Assembly (NCBI GenBank): GCA_965207455.1
Contig: CBDBMJ010000001.1
Location: 1,568,001 to 1,632,000 of the forward strand
Reading direction: 5' to 3'
Source: Bdellovibrionota bacterium
GTDB taxonomy: Bacteria; Bdellovibrionota; UBA1018; CAIPTA01; JAALKR01
Length of the DNA stretch: 64,000 bases
Positions within the stretch are counted from its first letter, which is position 1; each line of letters begins with the position of its first letter. Made by a program: the position numbers and the translations under genes. This document shows, one piece after another, positions 27,094-36,310 of this stretch. The notes beneath the pieces were generated by a model. That model was not told where the DNA came from and did not search any database. It saw only the letters and a program-made list of their open reading frames with translations.

Positions 27094-29269
27094 GAAAAAC
27101 TCGAAGAGTTTGGATATGCCCCTACAATACCTCAAGGGGGTGGGACCCAAGCGTGCTAGCCTCTTTGCTCGCAGGGGGATTTGTTCCCTTAGGGACGCAG
27201 CTTATTACTTTCCTTTTCGTTACGAGGACCGTCGCAAGATTCTTCTTCCCCATGAGCTTAGGGGTATTCCCAAGGGCAGCTTCGTGGTGGTGCAAGCAAC
27301 GGCCTCCTCTTTTCAAGAGACACCCCGGTATGGTCAGCGCTCAAACGTGTATGAGTTAGTGGCTACGGGGAAATCGGGTGTCCAGCAGCTTCGTTGTACT
27401 TGGTTTCACACCTATAAAGGTATGAAGGAGAAGATCCAAGCCTTGCTGGGGAAGACGATTATTTTTTCGGGCGTTCTGGATTTTTATCGAGGGATGCCAC
27501 AGATCACCCATCCAGAGATGGAGTCCACTGGAAAAACCTCTCTCCACTGGGGGCGAGTGGTACCTATTTATTCCTTAACGGAGGGTTTGGTGCAGAAGAA
27601 TGTTCGGGAAGTAGTGTATAAGGCGTTGCAGTTTTGCCTACCCCATTTGGAGGAAGATTTACCCGACGATCTGCGCACACGCCACGGTTTAATTCCTGTA
27701 CAGAAGGCAATCCAGGAGATGCATTTCCCCTCTAGCCTGCCGGAAACTACACAGGGACTCCAGCCCGCTGCCCACTATCGGCTCCTCTTTGAGGAGTTCT
27801 TCAAATTTCATTTGCTTCTACTCAAGGAGCGACGGGAGAGGACACAAGAGGCAGCGCCCAGTTTTATTATTTATGATCGGATAGCCAAGGGGGTTCGGGA
27901 TCGCCTTCCATTTTCCCTTACCAAGGGTCAGGAAAAGGCGATTGAGGAGATTCGCAGGGATTTAAAGAAAGCAGTGCCCATGCAGCGTCTCTTACAGGGC
28001 GACGTGGGTAGTGGAAAAACCCTCGTAGCTTTGCTTACTTTAGTGGAGGCTGTGGAAAACGGTAAGCAGGGGGCCTTGATGGTGCCCACAGAAACATTGG
28101 TAGAGCAGCACTACCAAACCATATCCAAGTTACTGGAAGGCACTTCTGTGCGTTTAGGCTTACTTAAGGGGAGCTTACAAAAAAAAGAAAAGGAGCGCGT
28201 ACAGAAGCGAATTGCCTTGGGGGAGTTGGATATTGTTTTAGGCACCCATGCTTTGATCCAAGAGGCAGTGGAGTGGAAGGATTTGGGGTTTGTGGTGGTG
28301 GACGAGCAGCAACGCTTTGGAGTGCACCAGCGGAGTGTCTTCAATCGAAAGAAATCCTGCGTGCCCCATATACTCACCATGACGGCAACGCCCATTCCCC
28401 GATCATTGGCCCTAACCGTATTTGGTCCCTTGCACTTGAGTGTTCTTTTGGAAAAACCTGCTAACCGTGGGTCCGTTATTACAAAAGCGATCTTGGGGAC
28501 TAATCGTCAGCGGCTATATAATCTTTTCCATAGGGAGGCCAGTGCTGGTCGACAGGGTTATTTGGTCTATCCGTTGATTGAGGATTCGGACAAGGAGGAT
28601 GGCAAGCAACGAGGAAAATCGGTTATGGAGGAGTACCATCGTTTAAAAGAGGGAGCGTTGAAGGGGCTACGATTAGGGGTGGTCCATGGAAAGATGTTGC
28701 CTGAGGATCGAGAGGTTGTGATGGGTCGTTTTTATCGGGGGGATATTGACGTTCTTATGAGCACCACCGTAATTGAATTGGGCATTGATGTTCCCAACGC
28801 TACGGTCATGGCAGTGGAGAATGGGGAGTACTTTGGCCTTTCCCAGTTGCATCAGTTACGGGGAAGGGTAGGACGAGGGGAGCACAACAGTTATTTTGTT
28901 TTGGTTACGGACCTTCCGGAGAAGGGGGAGCAGGTAGCAAATTCCTTTTTTTCTGAGGAGGCTCAAAGTGGAGAGGGGGCTTGGCAGCGGTTCCGGGCTT
29001 TAGAAAAATATGGCGACGGTTTTCGTATTGCGGAAATGGATTTAGAGCTTCGGGGACCAGGGAGTTTTCTAGGGCTTCGACAAAGTGGGCAGTTTGCTTT
29101 TCGTATGGGGAGTATTGTTGAGGACAAGGAGATTTTTGAGAAATCTCGTCTTGCAGCGTTGGATCTATGGGAAAAAGACCCCGACCTTACCAGCCCTGCC
29201 CACCAAAAATTACGATCTTTTTGTGAGCGTATTGTTTCTGAACTTGGTTATACTTTAAAAAGTGGTTAA
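27056..29269 (+). CDS. recG: ATP-dependent DNA helicase RecG
   Basis: LKGVGP, P.RYEDR, RLLQGDVGSGKT, VDEQQRFG, MTATPIPRSL, GLSQLHQLRGRVGRG, DLELRGPG. Start uncertain (27056 or 27116). Confidence 0.96.
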   Translation: MPVTKSPASSTSKKNSKSLDMPLQYLKGVGPKRASLFARRGICSLRDAAYYFPFRYEDRRKILLPHELRGIPKGSFVVVQATASSFQETPRYGQRSNVYELVATGKSGVQQLRCTWFHTYKGMKEKIQALLGKTIIFSGVLDFYRGMPQITHPEMESTGKTSLHWGRVVPIYSLTEGLVQKNVREVVYKALQFCLPHLEEDLPDDLRTRHGLIPVQKAIQEMHFPSSLPETTQGLQPAAHYRLLFEEFFKFHLLLLKERRERTQEAAPSFIIYDRIAKGVRDRLPFSLTKGQEKAIEEIRRDLKKAVPMQRLLQGDVGSGKTLVALLTLVEAVENGKQGALMVPTETLVEQHYQTISKLLEGTSVRLGLLKGSLQKKEKERVQKRIALGELDIVLGTHALIQEAVEWKDLGFVVVDEQQRFGVHQRSVFNRKKSCVPHILTMTATPIPRSLALTVFGPLHLSVLLEKPANRGSVITKAILGTNRQRLYNLFHREASAGRQGYLVYPLIEDSDKEDGKQRGKSVMEEYHRLKEGALKGLRLGVVHGKMLPEDREVVMGRFYRGDIDVLMSTTVIELGIDVPNATVMAVENGEYFGLSQLHQLRGRVGRGEHNSYFVLVTDLPEKGEQVANSFFSEEAQSGEGAWQRFRALEKYGDGFRIAEMDLELRGPGSFLGLRQSGQFAFRMGSIVEDKEIFEKSRLAALDLWEKDPDLTSPAHQKLRSFCERIVSELGYTLKSG

Positions 29270-29280
29270 TATAAAAGGGT

Positions 29281-30153
29281 ATGCTCAAAACAAATCGTAC
29301 CCAAGGTTATATCCGTTCCTTTGACCACCACCGTTTATTCTATTCCTGTGAGGGGCCGCCCAACGCTCCCGTGCTTTTGTTTGTATATGGCTTAATGTGT
29401 TCCTCGATTAACTGGAAATACCAGATCGATTATTTTAAAAAAAAGTACCGGGTTTTGTACTTAGATTTTCGGGGACATAGTCGTTCGGACACTCCTGAGG
29501 ATTTCTCCCAGGTGACTCTGGAGAATCTTACCAAGGATCTGGCTACCCTGCATGATGAGTTGGACTTAGGTCCCGTACCCGTATTGGGTTATTCTTTTGG
29601 GGTAAACGTGGCCTTAGAGTTCTACCGTATGTTTCCCAAAAAGGCGTCTAGTTTAGTGCTATTGAGTGGAACCCCTAAGGATCCGTTTGAAACCATGTTT
29701 CACCATAATTTCCTACAGGTTGGTTTTGAGCAGTTATCTAGGTTTTATTATGCGGCTCCTGAGCTGTTTTCTAAAATTTGGAAATTGCAGTCCTTGAACC
29801 CACTTTGTAAGGAGTTTATTACCCGGGTGGGTTTCGACCGAAAATTGGCAAAAAAAGCTGATATTGCAGGTTATGTGGAGACAGCGCTGGCCACAGATCC
29901 GGGGGTATTTATGGAGTTATTAGCCAGCTTTGTTGATTACGATGCTTGTTGTTGGCTATCTGAAATCAAGATTCCTGTGTTAATTATGGGTGGGGAGCGG
30001 GATATGATCATTCCTCCCATCAATCAAAAAATACTCCACAAGCTTATTTCAGGCAGTGAGTTGGTTATTTGGCCCGGTGGAAGCCATAGTGTACAAATGG
30101 AGCAGAAAGAAAAAGTAAATGAAAGAATTGAGGATTTTGTAGGAGCTCTTTAG
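29281..30153 (+). CDS. Alpha/beta-fold hydrolase
   Basis: DFRGHSRS, nucleophile elbow GYSFG, GERD, GGSH. Confidence 0.88.
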   Translation: MLKTNRTQGYIRSFDHHRLFYSCEGPPNAPVLLFVYGLMCSSINWKYQIDYFKKKYRVLYLDFRGHSRSDTPEDFSQVTLENLTKDLATLHDELDLGPVPVLGYSFGVNVALEFYRMFPKKASSLVLLSGTPKDPFETMFHHNFLQVGFEQLSRFYYAAPELFSKIWKLQSLNPLCKEFITRVGFDRKLAKKADIAGYVETALATDPGVFMELLASFVDYDACCWLSEIKIPVLIMGGERDMIIPPINQKILHKLISGSELVIWPGGSHSVQMEQKEKVNERIEDFVGAL

Positions 30154-32520
30154 TTAATATAAGGGCTTTCCCTTGTCTTTTCCCTGCATAATAATCCCAT
30201 TTTCGATGAGACCCCCAATGAGTGTTGAATTGACATGCACAGTTTTGGAAGATAATTTTTTCTTCAGTACCCGATCCGTTCCGTATAAATATTTAAACAC
30301 GGCTTCAAAGGTTTCCTGTAGGATTTGAATATCGTCATATTTTTTATATTTTTTATCGGGCCAGTGGATAGCTAAAAAGGAGCCAAAACGATCCTGTAGA
30401 TCCAATGTATTTATATCTGCCGTATCGTAGCCGACTAAATGGAAGCAATCTTTTGTTAGGTGGGGTCCATGGTCTCCATTAATGATGATAATGGAATCGC
30501 GGTTACTTTCTAAAATTGTATTGATGTCATTGCGCATTTCAATATTTGCTTTTTTTAACCTGTGATGAAATCTTTCTACTTCATCGGGAAGGCAGGCTCC
30601 AGAGTTTTGGCTATGGTAGGGACCTGTGTGGGTGTGTAGGAATTTGGGTTGTGTTGTTTGTGCCCCCATAATTTTTCTTTTTTTCTGGATCCATTCTTCT
30701 TTGGTGTATTCCTTAAAGTCATCCATAATGTCGAATTTAAACCGTTGTGTTTGCAAGCCCCTGAGTAGTATTTCATGACCTTTTGTGGCTTTTTTGAATT
30801 CCGGGAAAAAATAATCATAGGCATTTTTTGCTTCCAGTACAAAATAATCTCCTAGAACAGCGTACGTTTTGTAGCCTTGTTTTTTTAAGGTGCTTACCGT
30901 TAAGCTATCTCCTGCCATAACTCTTCGATCCTTCACTGATGGCGATCTACTAATATCCAAAACTCCAGCCATTGATACCAATGTGCTCACGCCCAGTGAG
31001 TATGTTTTAGGGTAGATTACAAAATTATTGGATCGCAGGAAATCTTCTTGGTCTTTATTATTGATGCCATATTGAAGCATAATTTGATTCTGTACATAGG
31101 CATCGTAGGTTAATAAATAAATATCTGGTTTCTTTTTGAGTTCTCCTTTCGGTAGAAAGTAGTCGTATGATCGGACTGACGTTTCACTGATGCGGTGGGT
31201 GGCATTTTCCGACCTCATGTACGCATATATGCTATTGACGGAAAAATAAAGCATCGCCAAAAAGAATAGTAAGGATCGGAATTTCGAGCGCAAGTAGAAA
31301 AGAATGGCACTAATGGTGGCAAAAATAGCAAAAGGCAATAAGCGGTCCGGTTTCTCTACCCAATGGAAGGAATGGGAAAAAATGGGTAGGGAAGCATAAA
31401 GGTATAGTAGGGATATACTAAGGGGCACTAATAAGGACACACCCACATAGCGTTGTAAAAAAATGGGAATGATAACCGCAATGATCAAAGCTATGGATAG
31501 GGTAGCGATTAAAAATAGGAAAATTTCTGAAACTTTCAGTATATCTCTATTGTAGATAATATATTGTACTATGGGAGCCATGGGGATCAGTAATAAGGAA
31601 AGGTCTCGCCAACCATAGTTTTGATGGGGTAATTTTATCTCTTGGTTGAGTTTCTGGATTTCATTCCATTTATTTTTATACCGAGCCCATACATAAAAAA
31701 CAAATGCTAGGGCAATGGGTATGGCAAGAAATCTAACCGTGTCTTTTACTAGGCATTGACCAATGAGACCAATTCCCAAAAGATGTTGTATGGATAGTGA
31801 GTAGATAATGATGATGAGTAAGGGAACAACAAATTCTGCTCTCGCAATAAAGGCAGCATTTCTCCAGAGTGATTTGAGTTTTTCCCGTTCTTTTACGAAT
31901 GGGTATTGGCAGATATTTTTTACTAAAAAAATAAAATTATTAGTTGTCCAGTACAGGATTATGCCTGAGGGAGCGTTGTACAGGAGAAAGAAAAAAAGGA
32001 CATTCACAACGCTTGCTTGCAGCCACCGGTGAAAAGAAAAAAATGGCATAAGCAGGGAGGCAAGGAAGTTAATAGACAGCATGAGTGGAGGCAGGACATT
32101 GGTTCGTGGAACTAATTGGTCTGGTGCTCCCAGATCGGGAATAACAGAAAAACTCTGACCCTTGAGGCTTGGCAGGTCCGAGAACAGATAAAAAGCAAGA
32201 ATCAGAAAAGGTATTTGCACAAGCAGGGGAGTAATTCCTAAGATGGAAAAGATTGGATTATAGGAGTAGCGGTTAAACAGGGACTGTTTTCTTAGGAAGA
32301 GTGCCTTGCCTTTATACAGTGATTTTAAATGATCCAGCTGTGGTGAGAGAATTTCATTATAGATGCGTTCCCATGCAGAGAATTTCTCTGCATATCTCAC
32401 AAAAGGATAGGTGATTAGGCTTGTAAGAAACGAAAAGAGTAGAATGGAGAATCCATAACTGCCCGTAATATTTACGATGCCCAGGTATATATGTTCTGCG
32501 CCAGATAGTAGGAAATTCAT
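30154..32520 (-). CDS. Fusion: YidC/Oxa1-like domain + multi-TM region + alkaline-phosphatase/sulfatase (LtaS-like) domain
   Basis: N-terminal ~205 aa align by eye with the YidC core (YGFSI..., NP, PLLVQIP, DLGAPD, LPPLM, PSGIILYWTTNN). C-terminal KPDIYLLTYDAY, STLVSM, HTGPYH, IIINGDHG are alkaline-phosphatase superfamily motifs. Confidence 0.8.
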   Translation of the reverse strand: MNFLLSGAEHIYLGIVNITGSYGFSILLFSFLTSLITYPFVRYAEKFSAWERIYNEILSPQLDHLKSLYKGKALFLRKQSLFNRYSYNPIFSILGITPLLVQIPFLILAFYLFSDLPSLKGQSFSVIPDLGAPDQLVPRTNVLPPLMLSINFLASLLMPFFSFHRWLQASVVNVLFFFLLYNAPSGIILYWTTNNFIFLVKNICQYPFVKEREKLKSLWRNAAFIARAEFVVPLLIIIIYSLSIQHLLGIGLIGQCLVKDTVRFLAIPIALAFVFYVWARYKNKWNEIQKLNQEIKLPHQNYGWRDLSLLLIPMAPIVQYIIYNRDILKVSEIFLFLIATLSIALIIAVIIPIFLQRYVGVSLLVPLSISLLYLYASLPIFSHSFHWVEKPDRLLPFAIFATISAILFYLRSKFRSLLFFLAMLYFSVNSIYAYMRSENATHRISETSVRSYDYFLPKGELKKKPDIYLLTYDAYVQNQIMLQYGINNKDQEDFLRSNNFVIYPKTYSLGVSTLVSMAGVLDISRSPSVKDRRVMAGDSLTVSTLKKQGYKTYAVLGDYFVLEAKNAYDYFFPEFKKATKGHEILLRGLQTQRFKFDIMDDFKEYTKEEWIQKKRKIMGAQTTQPKFLHTHTGPYHSQNSGACLPDEVERFHHRLKKANIEMRNDINTILESNRDSIIIINGDHGPHLTKDCFHLVGYDTADINTLDLQDRFGSFLAIHWPDKKYKKYDDIQILQETFEAVFKYLYGTDRVLKKKLSSKTVHVNSTLIGGLIENGIIMQGKDKGKPLY

Positions 32521-33833
32521 TTGTCGCTCGCCATATTTTTAGATGGTTGTGCTAGGTAATCGGCAATATATTCTGAGGAATTGCCGAGATTTTTAATTGT
32601 TTTTTGTCGGAATTCTTTTAAATCTAGATTCGTATTTTGGAGAAGAGTTTTTTCCACAATTTTCGTTAACGTTTTTATTTCACTTTTTTTAATAAAGCTT
32701 CCTATCTCATGGGTGGCTTGTTCTCCCCATATTTCTGCCAAATCATCTGCCTCAAATAGGAATAAATTTTCCCTAGGTACTTCCAAAGAAATTACAGGTT
32801 TTTCGTATGTGAAGGCATAATCAAACCGTAATGAGGATGTGTCCGATATTAAAAGGCTGGATTTTTGCATAGAATCTCCGGGGGAGATTTCTCTATCCCA
32901 GGTAATATTTTTATATTTTTCTGTTTCCTTCTCACAAGTGCGAATAAAATCAGCCTCGATTTGATAGGAATAGGGATGGGCTCGAATAATAATTTCATAG
33001 CCTGCACGTGCCAGTTCTATTATGAAACCTAGGCCATAGGTCTGTAGGCATCCCTTCTCTCCCCATGAGGATCCCACAAGTAGGGTGTTTTTGTCATAAG
33101 CTAAATTATTTTTCCTGTTTTGATAGAGTTTATCTAAATAGGGTAAGCCCATGGTCACTAATTCTTTTCTTTTGAGGTTTCTTTTTTTCTCTATAGTACG
33201 AATGGCGTTGATCTGGAAATCGCCGACGAGGAGTACGCTATCATAGTGGTCCAAAGAGCCTTTCTTGTAGTAGGAAATATCTGCCACTGAGTGAAAAACA
33301 TGAACGAGGTTTTTTACTTTTGCAGGTCGGTCAAAAGGATAACTTTTTGTCCCAATATTCGGTGACGTGGCTAGCATTACGGGAGCGATGCTCTTGGATA
33401 GTCGTGAAAATCCGAGAATATTTTTTCTTAGCAGCTTGGAGTGCATAAAGGGGCTATCTATTGTTAAGGCTTCATCATGGACGTCGAAAGTAAAATACCG
33501 GAACGAGATTTTCTTTTTTATCAAAGCCGCAATAATGGGTTGGAATGTGTCCCTATATTCCCTACCTTCACCGAATATAATGGGCATGTCCGTATTATAA
33601 AAAATATTTTTACTCCTACCCATTAGATTATAGATAAAAGATTGAACGGAATAAATAAGAGCGCCAAAGATGGATAGTATGGCTGTAACTAGGGCGCTGC
33701 TACTGCCGGGGTCTAGGTAGCCGTATGCTCGGTTGGGAAGAATGAATAGGATGAGAATGGGCCAAGCCAGCAGCGATGCCCTGTGTAAAAACGCCATAGA
33801 TGAGAGAATAAAACAAAAAATATATAAGGTCAA
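32517..33833 (-). CDS. TagF/TarF-like CDP-alcohol:polymer phosphotransferase with signal-peptide-YLDPGS-TM leader
   Basis: VHVFHS, GLPYLD, LLVGSSWG, IRAHPY, LISDTSSLRFDYAF match the CDP-glycerol glycerophosphotransferase family. Stop overlaps the start of the YidC fusion (ATGA). Start may be ATG 33797. Confidence 0.8.
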   Translation of the reverse strand: MTLYIFCFILSSMAFLHRASLLAWPILILFILPNRAYGYLDPGSSSALVTAILSIFGALIYSVQSFIYNLMGRSKNIFYNTDMPIIFGEGREYRDTFQPIIAALIKKKISFRYFTFDVHDEALTIDSPFMHSKLLRKNILGFSRLSKSIAPVMLATSPNIGTKSYPFDRPAKVKNLVHVFHSVADISYYKKGSLDHYDSVLLVGDFQINAIRTIEKKRNLKRKELVTMGLPYLDKLYQNRKNNLAYDKNTLLVGSSWGEKGCLQTYGLGFIIELARAGYEIIIRAHPYSYQIEADFIRTCEKETEKYKNITWDREISPGDSMQKSSLLISDTSSLRFDYAFTYEKPVISLEVPRENLFLFEADDLAEIWGEQATHEIGSFIKKSEIKTLTKIVEKTLLQNTNLDLKEFRQKTIKNLGNSSEYIADYLAQPSKNMASDK

Positions 33834-33897
33834 CCTTGGGCCTCCATTGAAGAGTTAAGCGATGGGTGGTATGTATGGGGAATATTGAGGATAGTCC

Positions 33898-35172
33898 ATG
33901 AGTGATAAAACAGTTTATGTTGGTATGAGCGCAGATTTACTGCATCCAGGGCATATAAATATTTTAAAAATAGCTGCTTCCCATGGAAAGGTGACGGTTG
34001 GGCTTTTAACCGATAAGGCTATCGCTAGTTATAAGCGATTGCCCTATATGGAGTATGAGCAAAGAAAAGCAGTTGTGGAGAGTATTGGTGCTGTTCACCA
34101 AGTAATTCCTCAGTACAGCTTGGACTATACGGAGAACTTGGAGCGTGTTCGTCCCGATTATGTTGTTCATGGTGATGATTGGATGTCTGGCTCGCAACGT
34201 AGGGTTAGGGACAAGGTTATTGAGCAAATAAAACAATGGGGAGGGGAATTAATTGAACCCAAGTATACAGAGGGTATTAATTCAACGAACTTAAATATGA
34301 TCTTGCGTGAGATTGGCACAACACCAGACATACGAAGGAAAAGATTATATCGTTTAATTCAGTCGAAATCGCTTGTGCGAGTTATGGAGGCCCATAACGG
34401 TTTAAGCGCATTAATTGTGGAGAAAACTCGGGTTAAAAAAGAAAATGTGGATCAGGAATTTGATGCCGTATGGGAGAGCAGCCTCACGGATTCTGGATCC
34501 AAGGGGAAACCGGATATTGAGCTTGTGAGTCCCAACGATCGTCTCCAAACCGTGAACGAGATTTTTGAAGTGACCACAAAGCCAATGATATATGATGGTG
34601 GCACAGGTGGTTTTCCTGAGCATTTTGTATTTACGGTGCGTTCTTTGGAGAGGCTTGGAGTTTCCGCTGTTATTATTGGAGATACACTGGGTTTAGGCTC
34701 CACTTTGGGTGCGGAATATAAGCAAGCTCCCACCGAAGATTTTTGTTATAAAATTAGGATGGGTTGCAAGGCATCGATTACCAAGGATTTTATGATTATG
34801 GCAAGAATAGAGAATATTAAAAAAGATATGGGGAGTGCTCTGGATCGAGTCGAGGCTTATATTCATGCTGGAGCCAGTGCCATTATGGTACATTCAGGGG
34901 ATGCGTCTGAGGAAATGAAATTTGCAAAGGAATACCACAAAAAAGGTCATACAGCGCCGCTAGTGTGTATGCCATCCAATTATAGTCATGCTTATGAAGA
35001 GGATCTTATGAAAGCAGGTTTTCAAATTATCATCTATGGAAATCAATTATTGTGTTCCGCATATCCTGCAATGAAGAAGACGGCAGAGCTGATTTTAAAA
35101 AATAATCGTTCTTTGGAGTGTGATGATTTTTGTGCAGACACCAGCGACATTTTTAATTTAATTTCAAGATAG
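33898..35172 (+). CDS. Cytidylyltransferase (HxGH) fused to a phosphoenolpyruvate mutase domain with degenerate catalytic motifs
   Basis: ADLLHPGH and YTEGINST intact. PepM features [30 protein letters not shown] present, but D-x-D reads DGG and EDK-x5-NS reads [10 protein letters not shown]. Confidence 0.85.
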   Translation: MSDKTVYVGMSADLLHPGHINILKIAASHGKVTVGLLTDKAIASYKRLPYMEYEQRKAVVESIGAVHQVIPQYSLDYTENLERVRPDYVVHGDDWMSGSQRRVRDKVIEQIKQWGGELIEPKYTEGINSTNLNMILREIGTTPDIRRKRLYRLIQSKSLVRVMEAHNGLSALIVEKTRVKKENVDQEFDAVWESSLTDSGSKGKPDIELVSPNDRLQTVNEIFEVTTKPMIYDGGTGGFPEHFVFTVRSLERLGVSAVIIGDTLGLGSTLGAEYKQAPTEDFCYKIRMGCKASITKDFMIMARIENIKKDMGSALDRVEAYIHAGASAIMVHSGDASEEMKFAKEYHKKGHTAPLVCMPSNYSHAYEEDLMKAGFQIIIYGNQLLCSAYPAMKKTAELILKNNRSLECDDFCADTSDIFNLISR

Positions 35173-35182
35173 CGAGAAATAC

Positions 35183-36310
35183 ATGATAAAAGAATTTATT
35201 GGAAGGGGCAGTGTTCAGGCACTTTTTGATCATATACGATTGAAAAATCACTCTGATATTTTCATCGTCACGGGAAAGAAACCATTTCAAAACACAGGTA
35301 TAAAGGAACTGCTTACATCTTATTTTTCCACCACAAAGTGCCATTTCTTCACGGATTTTTCTGTGGACCCCAAATGGATGGACATGAAGAAAGGGATAGC
35401 TGCTTTTCAGCAAAGTAAGGCTGGAGCAATTATGGCTATCGGTGGAGGCAGTGTGATGGATATGGGCAAATTGATTAAGGCGGGTTCAGTTCATAAAGAA
35501 AATTTTATGGATATTGTGTTGAAGGGTAAGCCTTTGACGAATCCAGGAGTTCCCCTTTATATTGTACCCACAACGGCTGGATCGGGTAGTGAAGCTACGC
35601 ACTTTGCGGTTATCTATATAGAAGGAAAAAAATATTCTCTTGCCCACCCATTTATTTATGCAAATGCTGTTGCTGTTGATTCAGAAATGACAGCCTCAAT
35701 GCCTCTCGCGCTAAGAGCCCAAACCGCCTTTGATGCCCTATCTCAGGCCACAGAATCCTACTGGTCCTGTGGTGCCACAACAGACAGCAGAGTTCATGCA
35801 AAAAAAGCCATGCAACTTATTTTGCCCAATATGGTTGCAGCCGTTAATCAGCCAAACGATGAGAATAGAGGCGCGATGATGGAGGCTGCGCACCTAGCAG
35901 GGAAAGCGATTGATATATCCAAGACAACACTAGCCCATGCCCTGTCCTATCACTTAACTTCTGAATATTCCATTCCCCATGGTCATGCGGTAGCCCTTTG
36001 CCTTGGTAAATGTTTTACTCTTCATGGAAATGCCGAATCTCTTTCACCCCTATATACAAAAAATTCCTTCCAGAAAATCATGGAAGACATATATAAACTG
36101 TATGGTTGCAAAAACGCAAAAGAATGTGAAGAAAAATGGTATCGACTTATGGATGCTTGTCATCTAGAGCGTTCGTTATTGAAAATAGGTCTTAATACAA
36201 AAGAGCTCCAGGGGGTATTTTCTAAAAGTGCGAACCCGGAAAGGTTATCCAATAACCCGGTGAAAGTAATGCCGAGAGATATCCTAACGATGTATGATTT
36301 TTCTTATTAG
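35183..36310 (+). CDS. Iron-containing alcohol dehydrogenase, phosphonoacetaldehyde reductase-like (PhpC/FomC type)
   Basis: GGGSVMD, PTTAGSGSEATHFAV, DALSQATESYWS, AGKAIDISKTT.AHALSY..T....IPHGHAV; 10 nt after the PepM fusion. Confidence 0.82.
   Translation: MIKEFIGRGSVQALFDHIRLKNHSDIFIVTGKKPFQNTGIKELLTSYFSTTKCHFFTDFSVDPKWMDMKKGIAAFQQSKAGAIMAIGGGSVMDMGKLIKAGSVHKENFMDIVLKGKPLTNPGVPLYIVPTTAGSGSEATHFAVIYIEGKKYSLAHPFIYANAVAVDSEMTASMPLALRAQTAFDALSQATESYWSCGATTDSRVHAKKAMQLILPNMVAAVNQPNDENRGAMMEAAHLAGKAIDISKTTLAHALSYHLTSEYSIPHGHAVALCLGKCFTLHGNAESLSPLYTKNSFQKIMEDIYKLYGCKNAKECEEKWYRLMDACHLERSLLKIGLNTKELQGVFSKSANPERLSNNPVKVMPRDILTMYDFSY

Noticed and set aside
33898..35172. Calling this a functional pepM / de novo phosphonate cluster
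   Set aside because: Diagnostic EDK-x5-NS and D-x-D motifs are altered and ppd is absent, so the gene symbol was withheld.
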